A program made the position numbers and the translations under genes. Shown here in pieces: positions 49,101-59,635 of a stretch of DNA of 64,000 nt. The number at the start of each line of letters is the position of its first letter. Position 1 is the first letter of the stretch. The notes beneath the pieces are model-generated. The model was not told the origin of the DNA. It saw only the letters and a program-made list of their open reading frames with translations, and made no database searches. This DNA comes from Neoechinorhynchus agilis (Eukaryota > Animalia > Acanthocephala): contig CM121341.1 in the NCBI GenBank assembly GCA_051530055.1, forward strand, positions 14,982,784-15,046,783. Direction: 5' to 3'.

Positions 49101-50093
49101 TTCTTCGTCTTTGCTATTGTCTTCATGCGAGCTTTCACTGCTTTCGTTATCCTCTTTCTCAACACCGGTTTCCGCTTTTATATTTTTTTTTGGCCTCTCA
49201 TTGTGTTTTCCGACTTCTGACGCTATCAATTTCTTTTTTTTTCCTGTTTTTTCTTTCACTGTTCCCGCATTAGCTATTGGTTCTCCTTTTGACGAATCGC
49301 GAAATCTATCACGGGTTTTAGAACCCTCTACCAGTGCTTCAGTAATATCCTTTCTGGCTTCTAATATTTCACCTTCATCATCATCGGTCACTTTGTTTTC
49401 CGATGATTCGATCGCTTGCTTTGAGTGGTCTGCGCTCATCTTTCCTTCCTCAATTTTTTTTTGTTCTTCATTAACTTCGCCTATTGAATCATCTTCCGAA
49501 ATGCCTTCATCTACTTTACGTTCACTTTCTTCATCGTCTTTAGTTACATTGTCTATTGACTTTCTTTTCCCGTTTGCTATCTTCTTTAAGTTTTCAATTG
49601 CTACTTTATCTCCAACATCATCAACCACGTTGCCGTTATCTTCCTTTTTCTTTTTTCTCTTTTTTTCTTTTTTCTTATTAAATTTCTTCTCTTCATCCCC
49701 AAAACCGACTTTCTCCAAATCACCAGCATCTTCAATAGCTGTTTGTTCTTTAAAATCTTTTCTCTTCTTTTTCTTGACCTTTGAAATCCGTTCACTGTCT
49801 TCAGCGTCATTTTCAATATCCTTGCCTTTCTTTGCCCTTTTCCCTTTCCTCTGGATTTTCCCCTTTCTCTCCTCTGGAACATTTTCGTCACTCTCCACAC
49901 TCTTGATTTCGTTAGCTTTTTTTCCTTTTGATGTACGAGTCTCGGATTCATCGATGACTTCAGCGTCAACTTCCTCTTTGTTTGCGACAATCTCCTGTTC
50001 CTCTTCCACATCACTTTGCGACTCAATTTCTTCACTTTCTACTGTAGAAGCTCTCTCGTAGTTTAAAATTGAAACATGGTTGTAATGACCCAA
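46119..50093 (-). CDS. Large K/E-rich low-complexity protein or exon with 15 copies of a ~48-aa repeat
   Basis: Open for 1324 codons. Unit EKEEDKPKRRGRFAAADEKDENKSEPKKLETPPEKKEVSDKAKKTAAP with a 144-bp period (47401 and 47545); indels between units keep frame. True start and end not established. Confidence 0.8.
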   Translation of the reverse strand: MGHYNHVSILNYERASTVESEEIESQSDVEEEQEIVANKEEVDAEVIDESETRTSKGKKANEIKSVESDENVPEERKGKIQRKGKRAKKGKDIENDAEDSERISKVKKKKRKDFKEQTAIEDAGDLEKVGFGDEEKKFNKKKEKKRKKKKEDNGNVVDDVGDKVAIENLKKIANGKRKSIDNVTKDDEESERKVDEGISEDDSIGEVNEEQKKIEEGKMSADHSKQAIESSENKVTDDDEGEILEARKDITEALVEGSKTRDRFRDSSKGEPIANAGTVKEKTGKKKKLIASEVGKHNERPKKNIKAETGVEKEDNESSESSHEDNSKDEEWLKDETEKDNRFAASATAADETSKPTTSKISTKDKRKKSDFATGNTEISEKEKDKPKRRERFTAADEKDENKSGLKKLETPPEKTQVRDDAKKTDTSDKQEKDKPKRRGRFAAADEKDENKSGPKKLEKPPEKTEVGDKTKKAGASEKEEDNPKRRGRFAAADEKDENKSEPKKLETPPEKTEISDRAKKTDTLEKEKDKPKRRGRIAAADEKDEKKSEPKKLETPPEKTEVSDKAKKTDTLEKEKNKPKRRGRFAAADEKDENKSEPKNLETPPEKTEVSDRAKKTVASEKEEDKPKRRGRFAAADTKDENKSGPKKLGTPPEKKEVSDNAKKTVASEKEEDKPKRRGRFAAVDEKGENKSEPKKLETPTEKKEVSNKAKKTAAPEKEEDKPKRLGRFAAADEKGENKSEPKKLETPTEKKEVSNKAKKTAAPEKEEDKPKRLGRFAAADEKGENKSEPKKLETPTEKKEVSNKAKKTAAPEKEEDKPKRLGRFAAADEKGENKSEPKKLETPTEKKEVSNKAKKTAAPEKEEDKPKRLGRFAAADEKGENKSEPKKLETPTEKKEVSNKAKKTAAPEKEEDKPKRHGRFAAADEKSENKSEPKKLEMLTEKEVSDKAKKTAAPEKEEDKPKRRGRFAAVDEKDENKSEPKKLEIPSEKKEVNDKAKKSNTSEKEEKYKPKRRGRFAAANEKDENKSEPKTLETPPDKKEVSDNTKKICASGKEEEGKPKRRGRFAAADEKDENKSEPKTLETFTEADKKVELKSVNKTEKLEKSKPIRRERFATTVEKDDDEETCETMKSTKVGNIDKTANVESKTKERFATTVEGKEGGQQAPKKVSTSKLLDENGESNKLGLPVIKKSSDAAPKFNETKKAEKEEPKKRSRFKTGTFETGKLNSPRISSKINVNDQPSETERTTADKGSKEDTSKTTESEIAEAAEGDLTSTTNKTSGNDRRNENVVENKSRSRFGGGDIMPKTSQVHDSNKNTPRRRW

Positions 50094-50293
50094 AATTTTA
50101 TTTACAGTATTAAAAATCCTAAAAGATGCGGTGTTGATTTCGCTTGTAAAGGGACCGAGACGGATTTTAAAAATATGATAATGGAATAGATGCCAAAATA
50201 GATTCCGTCCTTGATCTTCTACGTAGGAAATTTTCTTAAAATCGTGTGTAGAATATTTTTTACGTTTTTATTATGGCGAAATAAAGAAATGTG

Positions 50294-50474
50294 ATTTATT
50301 CAGTATCTATGTGTGACCTTGTTCACGGCTGATAATTTTCCTTTCGCACACAGCCCACTGATCTGGTCCAGGGAAGCGCATAAAATCACTTAATACCCTG
50401 AACCACACGGTTGTGAGTTTGTACATCTCTCCGGATCTTCAGATACCTCGCCACACATAGATACTGAATAAATG
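50294..50474. mobile_element. Fold-back family member with 22-bp terminal inverted repeats
   Basis: Arms atttattcagtatctatgtgtg and cacacatagatactgaataaat; the body is homologous to 32899-33126. Confidence 0.75.
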
Positions 50475-51268
50475 TTACCGGCTGGCCAGACTTCAAAAAA
50501 TAAAAAGGATTTAGTTTTATTAAAATTTCGCCCTTTACGTGGAGTTTCTTTAGAATTTTTAAAGTGTTTTATCCCCAACGCTTAAGTGCGGATTGAACAC
50601 TTTAGCAATTCTGAAGAAGTAGCACATATACGACGAAATATTAAAATTAAATCATTTTTCCTTATTTCGCCTGACCACAAATGAGCGCATTCTGAAATAT
50701 GAATCTTGTCTTACCCAACAAGAATCAGCCAGACGCATCTCAATTTTTTCTAAAAACCACAACTATATCCATAGCATATTCATTTAGAGATACATTGTTT
50801 TGAATAGAGTATTAATTTTTATCAGTCTCCTTCATATCTAGCCTAGCCATTAACACATGTAAACATAGTAATGGGACTTGGGAATGTTCCCGGCGCATTG
50901 TCTCTGCTACAACAAAATGAACGGCAAGCATAACAGTACGCAAAAAGCAAAATTCGTCGAGTTGTCGCCAAAAACAACAAGTTGTCTCATATTTCAATTT
51001 CCCGATCTAATAGTTTCATAAACTGCGTACATATAGAAGGGAGAAAAGTAAGTGAGATGCGTGTATTAGTGCTCATTGCAAAAAAATCGATTGGCTTAGA
51101 AAATTGGTTTGTTTTATTTAGGTCCCGTGAAAAGTTGTGACGTTAACTTTCTGAATTAAAGCAACAAGTCTTCACCTTTCAAACCTATCAATTAAATTAT
51201 TTATGGCAATTTTTATCTTTTTTAGACTTTAGTATTTAAAACTAAGCGTTAAAAAAGTATACTATAGG

Positions 51269-51745
51269 TTATGCAATCTTTACGAACAGAGTCCCTACTT
51301 TTAATTCGACTGATTCTGTTTCGCTTTCATCTGAACTGTCCTCTTCCTCAGATTCATCGTCGGTATCCTTATTCTCTCCTTCGCTGCCCCGTACACTAGT
51401 AGTCTGTTCAGTTTCGCTCTTTTTCGCTCGTTTTGCATTCCACTCTTCTTCGGTCATAAATTTCAAGAAAACTTCAAGTTTTTCACACTCAATAGCCCGT
51501 TCAAATTCATCAAATGAACCACATGCTTGCTCATCATTGAATACTTGTGGCAAAATAGGTTTCCCATTTTCATCTCTAACACCGTTCTGCAAGTATAATT
51601 CTCGCTCTTCTCTGTAAATGGGATCCGATATATCTATGGCTCGGTGATCTATCTTGAATCCATGTAGAATGCAATCCAGGTACAACTGCTGGTCTCGAAC
51701 GTTTCTATTGGCGGTTGTATTCGTAACAAACACCTTTATTGTCAT
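51269..51745 (-). CDS. SH3BGR: SH3 domain-binding glutamic acid-rich (thioredoxin-fold) protein
   Basis: MTIKVFVT...QQ...KIDHRAIDISD...LPQVFNDEQACGSFDEFERAIECEKLEVFLK, plus an acidic tail. Confidence 0.88.
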   Translation of the reverse strand: MTIKVFVTNTTANRNVRDQQLYLDCILHGFKIDHRAIDISDPIYREERELYLQNGVRDENGKPILPQVFNDEQACGSFDEFERAIECEKLEVFLKFMTEEEWNAKRAKKSETEQTTSVRGSEGENKDTDDESEEEDSSDESETESVELKVGTLFVKIA

Positions 51746-53203
51746 ATTTAACTGAATTTTTGTTGGTGATTGGTTGCAATGAGAATCTTATGTTTCGCTC
51801 TCTATATGTTGTGATATAGCGAAACCTTATATTTTGCTATTTATGAATACTGTTGCTTTTTTCTACGTTATGTTCTCTTTTGTCATCGTCTCTCATAGCT
51901 CAGCACAGGAAAAGGGATGTAAGTTTTGTGCAATACGGTGTTACCAGCATACATTTTTTGTCAAGAGCGCTATTGCGGTAAATGGGCTCCAAGCGAGAAA
52001 ATGCTTTTAGCACGCATTCTTTGAATACAAGATAAACCAATAGGACCTTTGAGTATACTTTTCATATACCACATAAATGCAATGTTTTGTACAGGTTAGA
52101 GGGGTGAGGTACACAGAACCTATGTATAATAAACAATGATTGATAAATAGCACATTAGTATCCCTCTTTAGTACACGAGAACAATCTTTAACGTAAGCAG
52201 TTATAAATTGTGATATTTGTGTGAGAACTATTTCTGAGCAAACCTTATAAGTCATAAATGGTTTCTTAGTTGTCCCAACGGTCAAGGATATGGAGAAACG
52301 GCAACATCCTAAAACAAATTTCTATGCTAACAAGCATTATTTTGATTAACTTCTCTTTATTCATACTGCCATGTAGATCGCTACGTAGCGCGTAAATATT
52401 CTGTTTGTCGTAATGAGATCTTGCTCGATTGATAAGCTTCCCCCTCGATTGTTCGATAAGATAAATAATGTAATTTTGCGCTCAATATTAACTTTTTACC
52501 TGGTAATTTGATTTGCTACCAAAACCATCGACTATTTTTAAGTCTATAATGTGAGATTCACTTGTGAAAATTCTTTAATGAAATGTAGTTCTGCCAAGAC
52601 CGTAGTCAAAAGAAACATTTACTCATTGAGCAATCAAGCTCTATGTATCAACAATTAAAGAGTCCGAAATTGACACTTTGTTAAATGCGCTGTGGTAACA
52701 TATTATGTCGAGAGACGTTCAACAATACCACGGAATCAAGAATGGTTTCTCGGTGTCAATTATCGCCCATTCTATTTTTAGATAAGAAGTTCGCGCACTA
52801 ACTCGTTAGTGAATGCTCGTGACGTTCACATTGTGTAGCTTCGTGAGATTTTCATCGTTGGAGATTTTTAACCCGTTTTTTTGCAAAAGAAAAAATATTT
52901 GTCGCGGGTACTAAAATATTCCCAAACGAATGTTCGAAATGGCTTTGACTTTTTTTGAGTGAATTGGAATTTTCATTTGTGCGCAATTGTCGTTAATTGA
53001 AGGCGGCCAGCAGATCTATTCCTTTTTACGAATTATCCGGCTCTTGGTTTTTCAAATAGCATGCTAATTGCTACTTCATTAAAATTCAGGTTTTTCGTAC
53101 GGGTTTCGGTAAGGAATTGTTTATACGGAGTAAATTTAAACCTAACTTAATTCCGTTAATTCGCTGGGACTTTAATATTCCATTTCAGATATCAGTACTT
53201 CCG

Positions 53204-53986
53204 ATGACCGACGAAGGCAGGAAAGATATCCCTACGGAACACGAAATTTTAGATGATTTACACAACGAATGGGAATCTTCTACCGTAGAAGTGCAAAAAA
53301 ATGCTTTAAAGTTCAATGAAGAGTACGTCATTTACTCTTTTCCGCGTTACCTGGCCGATATCCTGGATAAGTCCCTTAATGGCCAAACCGGAGGAATAGT
53401 CGGTTATATGCACGATAATAAGTTTGTATTATCCGACACTTCGTACGCCGAGGATGTTCCTCAGGAATATGAACTCGGAGAGCCAGTATCGATTACACGG
53501 CAAACGTTTTTAGCCGAAATCAAAACGGTAACTGATGATGACAACGGCGATGAGAAAATCAAATCTTTTGGCATCCTAGGAAATATACAGAAGAGGATTC
53601 ACGTAAAAACGGATCCCGAGGATGAACTTTATCTTGGATTTAAGGAGTCGACATACGCAGCGAAGAAACCCAGGATTATACAAGAGGATACAAAAAAAGC
53701 ATATGAGCCAATTGTTGTTAAGAGACCAACATTACCTAAAGTTGAAAATCGTCGAAAGTGGTCTGAACGCCGAGAACGTGGTGAAGAAGAAGATGTAAAG
53801 GAAATGTTGTTGGAATGTTTTGCCGAGCAGAGATATTACACTCTAAACGAACTTGTGGATTTAACCGATCAACCACACCAGTTCCTTAAATCAGTTCTGA
53901 GCGACCTTTGCATTTATCACACCGGTGAAGTAAATCGCAACAAATACGAGCTAAAACCGGAATACTCCCAACATGTCAAAAAATAA
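53204..53986 (+). CDS. GTF2F2: General transcription factor IIF beta subunit (RAP30)
   Basis: C-terminal winged helix EMLLECFAEQRYYTLNELVDLTDQPHQFLKSVL...YELKPEY; N-terminal FPRYLA. The first ATG in the ORF is at 53204. Confidence 0.88.
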   Translation: MTDEGRKDIPTEHEILDDLHNEWESSTVEVQKNALKFNEEYVIYSFPRYLADILDKSLNGQTGGIVGYMHDNKFVLSDTSYAEDVPQEYELGEPVSITRQTFLAEIKTVTDDDNGDEKIKSFGILGNIQKRIHVKTDPEDELYLGFKESTYAAKKPRIIQEDTKKAYEPIVVKRPTLPKVENRRKWSERRERGEEEDVKEMLLECFAEQRYYTLNELVDLTDQPHQFLKSVLSDLCIYHTGEVNRNKYELKPEYSQHVKK

Positions 53987-54460
53987 AAAATTGGTTTATC
54001 GTCATTATGAAATCGACTTCTTATTCCGATGAAAATAGATTGCGGTCGTTGTTGCGCACTATATTTGTTTTATTCTCATTACCTTATAAAATTAGGAAAT
54101 ATGCGATGATCCTTAGAAAGTTTTATCAACTCGAAAAATTGAACATTGAGTTCGTGATATTTTAACAAATTTTGAATCATCTAATGGAATATCGAATTTA
54201 GTACAACCAATTCATATTGAGTGAACTAAAAACAATTTTAGTAAGAGAAATCAGACAAAAACGAAATTGGCTGTATAGGGACAGAAACGTACCCTCACAA
54301 GACCATTAGATTCCCTTTAAAAATCGATGAATCCCCCGATTGACGTTCTAGCATTCGAACTTTTCAATAAGGATTGCTAGGGCGAAGACTATGAAAGTGT
54401 AAAATTACATACCATCCCACAATCAGACCGAGAAAAATCGATTTTCGAATGGAAGAAATT

Positions 54461-56731
54461 CTAGCCGAAGCATTTTATTCTGTCATTAGAAAGAAGTGAG
54501 AATGATAAGCTGTTTTTGTCGAATCTGAGAGGTATTCTACCAAGCTCACCATCATAGCGATTTTTCACAACATCAAGGAACTTAAAAACCTCGAGTCGTC
54601 CGTCGCTGGTATAAACCTTATTTTCCTGTAGGATAAGCACATTATCTGCTTCTTGAGACGCTTTAGCTGAACCGAAAATGCTTTGCATATTAAGATACTG
54701 CGCACCGCCGGATTCATTTTCCTTCCTTGGATGGATAACAAGTGTCACGTGGCAGTTATATACCGTTGCGAATCGTCGAAGTGAATGCACAATTACGTCT
54801 TGCCGATAAAATCGATCAGTGCATCCGTAATCCATTCCCATCATAAATTGAAGGTTGTCGATAATAACATGCTTTAAGGTGCCGCTTGATCCTCAATGGT
54901 TGTCGCCCGAATCCGAAAAGAGAATCAAACTCGCATATTCGGTGAACCATGACGGCGGACGCCATGGTTGCTGTTACTCGTTGAATGTTACATGCTCCAT
55001 GAAAGTTCATATAGTACATTGGGAGGCGGTCAAAAGACCCGGAACAATCTGCGAAGAATTGCTCGTTTTGAAGACGCAAACTGCTTCCACAATATTGAAT
55101 AATCATTGTCTTAGCTAAGCGATGATTTTGAAGTTCAAAACTTCCCCACAGTGTTGATAGTTTAGAACAGATAAGAAGCATTATTTTAAAGAATAGTCAC
55201 TTAAAGGTAACATTTCGAGAAGTAGCTGTTTTTTGGATAGGGCACAAATCGGTATGTAGATTATTTAGAAATATTCTTTTATGTCAGCGATCAAAAGTGC
55301 AATTTTTAAAAACTAAATGAAAGTGCAAACTTCTGAATGAAACTAAATTTAAAAGATCAGATAAAACCGACGAAATTTACTTCAAATTAAGAGTCATAAC
55401 ATTGTCTAAAAGGCTATTAAAAAATTTGGAGTTGATTTTTCAACAGAAATATTTAAACACGTAAGTTTTATGTTTAGTTCGATATTCAGAAAAGATGGAT
55501 TTAACCCCGGAATTTGAAATGTTCTAATGATCTTGTCTGTATAGAATTCACACATAGGTCAAGACTGTAATCACTAAGGAACGTAGTCTTTCCACAACCA
55601 GTGGAACCAGTTAGTACTGTCAGTTCTCCAAGCCTGTGACCTTTCAGGATTTGATTAAGCAGAGGATACCGCTGCCAACGAGCACCGCTGTATTGCTCTT
55701 GACTAGTTAATTCGCTCCTTACTGCATCTTGAAAATAACTGAATTTCTGAATCTCTTCATTTATAATGGGATAGGCATCTTGAAACAAAGGTTTTACTGA
55801 TTGACCAGCCTGCTGACGGATTTGTTTTGGAGGCTGAAGTGAGCTCATTAGGAAACAACGCTGCGGATTTAGCAAACTGGCTAACTGAAACAATTTTTCA
55901 CTAGTTTTCTCGTCACTCGGCCACAAATACACTTTTTTAAACTGATCGAACATCGCCAAAATGAAATCATCTATGATTTGAATTCTCGATCTTGTCTAAA
56001 AATAGCTCAGATCAACAGAATTCAAAATATATAGGAAAGAATAGGAGAGCCAGACAAGGTTTTGACTGTCCAATTGCCTCGTAGGCGTTCAATGCATCTT
56101 CCACGCAACTTGTCACAATGACTTCAGTATGTCTCGGATTGAGAGTTTGAAGGCCAAACATAGGATATGAAGTCTGCATTGAAGTAAAAGTCACAGCATC
56201 GATTATTGTGCTTCTATCGGCCCCAAAGATTGGAAAAACGAACACGCGTTCGGCTGAATCATCCTTCATTCGACACACTTTTGCTCCATATTTACACAAA
56301 GTAGATCTACTTAAATCCGAGAATTCGGAAGATTGATCTTCACCGGTTTTGTATTTGCACAATAAAGGGCTATCAGATAATTTGATTTGAGTTCGACGAC
56401 AAGATTTAAGCTTTTGCGCCAACGCCAGCTCCAAATCGCCCCTTGAACCATGCCGATGACAATGAAGACAGACGAAACGGCCTGTTTGCTTCTCAATGTA
56501 GAATTTGGTGGTTGATTGCTGGTGAGCATTTAACGAAGATTCCATTGAGCTTTCATTTGAACCATATCCAGTGGATAGAGGACATTGATTGCGACATCGG
56601 TAGAAATTCCAACCTTGGTCTGCTTGAAGAGCATGATTTCTCAGAAGGTCGCGAACATCATGAAGATCCCTCAGTTGTCGGGTAAAACCACTTTTTGTAG
56701 CTAAAATACTTACCAACCGCTTTCCTAACAT
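54461..56731 (-). CDS. TWNK: Mitochondrial replicative helicase Twinkle, 4 exons
   Basis: FVCLHC zinc domain, [40 protein letters not shown] (Walker A), [39 protein letters not shown] and KNRYDG. Likely start at ATG 56731. All three intron borders are atypical. Confidence 0.93.
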
Positions 56732-56929
56732 TACGCCTTCCTCTAGCAGCAACACAACAGAATACCTTCCCAAAAAGGTTCAAGTCGCTTGATCTGCTTT
56801 GTCTAAAAAGGAGAAGGATAATCACCGATTTTAAGGCAAGCGTCCGGAAGAATGATTGTTTATCGAAGAAAATTGTAAGGAATTTCGATCGTGTTTAAAT
56901 TGACACTTGGGCGGGATTTTGTAGTGATA

Positions 56930-58600
56930 AACAACAACATTTCTTTGAACTTTTCTCCCACTTGAGAGGTCGTTCTTTTCAGCATTGTCGGTTTTCGTCT
57001 TTGTTCTCCTTTCCGAGAGTCTTGAGATCTCCGCTCACACTGTCCTCCCGCCTCTTCTTGGGCATCCCTCTTCTCCTTTTCCCCTCGAGCTCGATTCTCC
57101 ATGCGCTCTTCACCCAGGCATCTTCATCTGCTTGTGTCACCTGCAGGTACCATCGCATTCGCCTCTTAGCGATTGCCTCCTTCATCGGCTCGATAACAAA
57201 CAGTTTTCGCACCTCCTCGTTGGGCACTTGATCCTTGCGTGTCAATCATGCGGACCATCTCAGCATCCGCATTTCGTTGACGGCTAATCGTTGAGCGTCT
57301 TCCTTCTTCATAGCCCACGTCTCTGCTCTGTAGAACCATGGCGGGCTTGCTCTTCGAGCTTGTTCGGGAGATGCTTATCGCAAAGGATGGCTGTTGTCTT
57401 CCTCCAGTTGTTCCAGCTGCATTGAACTCTTTGCCCGATCTATGGTGCGAGCTCACATTGCATGTTCAACAGGCTGCCCAAATATTTGAATGTGTTCATC
57501 TTTTCGATCTGAGTTCCTTGCATATCGAGGTTACCCGGCCCCATGTATTTCGTTTTGCGCCTGCTCACTCAATCCGTTGCTCTCTAATCGCTGTCGCCAA
57601 CTCTCCAGCAAATTCCTGAGCGTGTCCACGTCCCTAGCTGTGAGCACCAACTTGTCCGCGAATAGTATCGTCCATGGTGCGTTTATTTCTCTTTCCGCAT
57701 TTCCAAGGACGTCTATCACGATCGCAAACAAGAATGGGCTCAGGGCCGAACCCTGTTGCAGGCCCACGGAGACTCGAAATAGTCGGTCGTTCAGCTGTGG
57801 CATCGCACGCAGGTGTAGCATACTCGATGCATTGCTTGGACCACGGCGACATAGTGTTCGGGGCAATTCCTTTTCCTGAGGCATGCCCACACCAGATCTC
57901 AAAGGACTGTGTCGTACGCTCCTTCCAAATCGACGAACACACTGTGCAACGGGCACTGCATCTCACTGAACCTCTCATACAGCTGCCTTAGCACGAATAT
58001 TGCGTCAATTGTGCTTCTGCGCCGGGCATGAATCCTCGTTAGTCTTGGCTGATTTGGATCTCCTCTCTAATCCTGTGATCGATCATTCGTTCCCACAGTT
58101 TCATTGTGTGAGGCATGAGTTTGATGCTCCGGTAGCTCCTACACTGCAGAACATCTCCTTGGCTTTTGAAGATCGGTATCAATATGCTTCCCTGCCATTC
58201 CGACGGGATCTTTTCCTCCGAATCTATCTTCTGAAAGAGCCTCGCGAGCAACTTTATTCCGAAGACTCTCAGGGATTGCCACAGCTCGATCGGAATGTTA
58301 TCTGGACCAACACTCCTACCAGTCTTCATTTTCCTGAGCTGTGCAACCACCTCATCGAACGAGTACGGCCTCATCATATTGACATTCGGGTGTACGTCCT
58401 CTAGAGGCAGTCTGTCATGCTCAGTGTTAAGCAGAGTGCTAAAATATTCCTTCCACCTATCCAAAATATCTTTGCACTGGTACAGCGTCTTTCCGTGGCT
58501 ATCACTGATCATTTTGAGGTGCACGACATCGCGCGATTTTTTATCCCTTACTTTGGCCAAGAAAATCTTTATTTTCGAGCTTACATCTTTGTTAGTTATC
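56930..58600 (-). mobile_element. 5'-truncated, decayed RTE-clade LINE
   Basis: ILDRWKEYFSTLLN, MKTGRSVGPDNIPIE, ILIPIFKSQGD...YRSIKLMPHTMKLWERMI, GFMPGRSTIDAIF, GLQQGSALSPFLF, ILFADKL, RKDQVPNEEVR and GKRRRGMPKKR, with frameshifts between ORFs. Confidence 0.92.
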
Positions 58601-58612
58601 AGAAGAGCGATA

Positions 58613-58647
58613 TTCCTGAAGAAGCAGTAAAACGGCGAAAGCTAGAA
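58613..58647 (+). ncRNA. Minimal type I hammerhead ribozyme motif followed by AATAAA
   Basis: UUC-CUGAAGA-A-GC(aguaaaacg)GC-GAA-AGCU-A-GAA: stem I UUC/GAA, palindromic AGCU stem III, H17=A, AATAAA at 58648-58653. Confidence 0.65.
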
Positions 58648-58852
58648 AATAAAGATTTTTCTTTATCATTACAGCAACCCAAATGTAAATTTTCGAAAAC
58701 AATACTTGATCAATCATGTGGCTGGAAAATCAAGTAGTATTTCACAAGGTTAATTAATTTAGAATTTATTATTTTTCGAATGAATTGCCGTTTCAGCGGT
58801 GTGTCTTTTAAAGTCTAAATGTTTTGTTTACTTCTGAACTTTTTTGCCATGT

Positions 58853-59635
58853 TTATTTTGTAAAAGTTTCAACAGAAACTCCTTTGATGGCTACCGACTG
58901 CAGCAATGGAAGCAATGCTCTGATTCCTTCGGTGAGAACCTTTACTTCCTTTCCGAAAATCGCCATGCATCCAGTAAAATAAATTTTTACGGTCACTCTA
59001 GGCTTTCTCAAGCAAATGTCCAGCGTATTCGCTACTTCTGATTCGAATATACTTTGCGATAGCTGCTCAAACATTCCCCGACCCATTTCCAATTTAAGTT
59101 TATCCTGCAAAATCTTCAAGTCTAATTTAAAAGGAACTCTATACGTTGCAAACACATTGATGATTCTAAAGTCCCGAACACCCGTGACCGGAAATCCCAT
59201 TTTGCGGAGGCGTTGGTACGTCTCATAGGCGAACATGAATGCGGTTTCTTCATCCCGTGCAGCATATCCAACACACCGCCCATTATGGTGGACCCTAACG
59301 GCTCCAAATGGTCTTTGAAACTTCATTACAATGAAACGACCTGGTGTCATTGCAGTAAAATCAACACTGGGACAATTTCGTTGGATCTCTTTTACGTTAA
59401 ATTCACATCCCAACTCAAAAGCTGTCACAATGTTGTTAACATTCAGTGACTCAATGCCACTTGCTTCAATTGTGTCGCCATTTATATCGAAAGTAGCCAC
59501 ATTGAACGTAGCCATATCACATAGGTCGTCGTCTCCATTAATCAGTGATTTGTCGTTTATAAATTCACTGAAGTGATCAAGCATGCAAGCATCGCGAAGT
59601 TGCGCGAGATCACCGGATATTCCTAATTGATCCAT
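58853..59635 (-). CDS. Divergent TBP-like factor (TRF2/TLF-like core)
   Basis: Two TBP half-repeats: LNVNNIVTAFELGC...IVMKFQRP...NGRCVGYAARDEE and FRIINVFAT...PFKLDL...FESEV...KPRVTVKIYFTGCMAIFG. Intronless. Confidence 0.8.
   Translation of the reverse strand: MDQLGISGDLAQLRDACMLDHFSEFINDKSLINGDDDLCDMATFNVATFDINGDTIEASGIESLNVNNIVTAFELGCEFNVKEIQRNCPSVDFTAMTPGRFIVMKFQRPFGAVRVHHNGRCVGYAARDEETAFMFAYETYQRLRKMGFPVTGVRDFRIINVFATYRVPFKLDLKILQDKLKLEMGRGMFEQLSQSIFESEVANTLDICLRKPRVTVKIYFTGCMAIFGKEVKVLTEGIRALLPLLQSVAIKGVSVETFTK

Noticed and set aside
46096-50061. 1321-aa antisense ORF (F/S/L-rich) overlapping the repeat protein
   Set aside because: In this frame a stop needs a Tyr, His or Gln codon on the minus strand preceded by a pyrimidine-ending codon. 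The K/E-rich protein has very few such sites, so the open frame is largely a compositional shadow. Strand-specific RNA-seq would settle it.
54270-54300. Degenerate hammerhead ggCTGTATAgggacaGAAACGTAcc
   Set aside because: There are two core substitutions and no stem II, so chance cannot be excluded.
54872-55534. U12 (minor spliceosome) explanation for the AC-ending introns
   Set aside because: None of the candidate donors matches RTATCCTTT, and no clear TCCTTAAC branch site was found. The GCATCCTTT at 23165 in POLR1C is simply His-Pro-Leu coding sequence.
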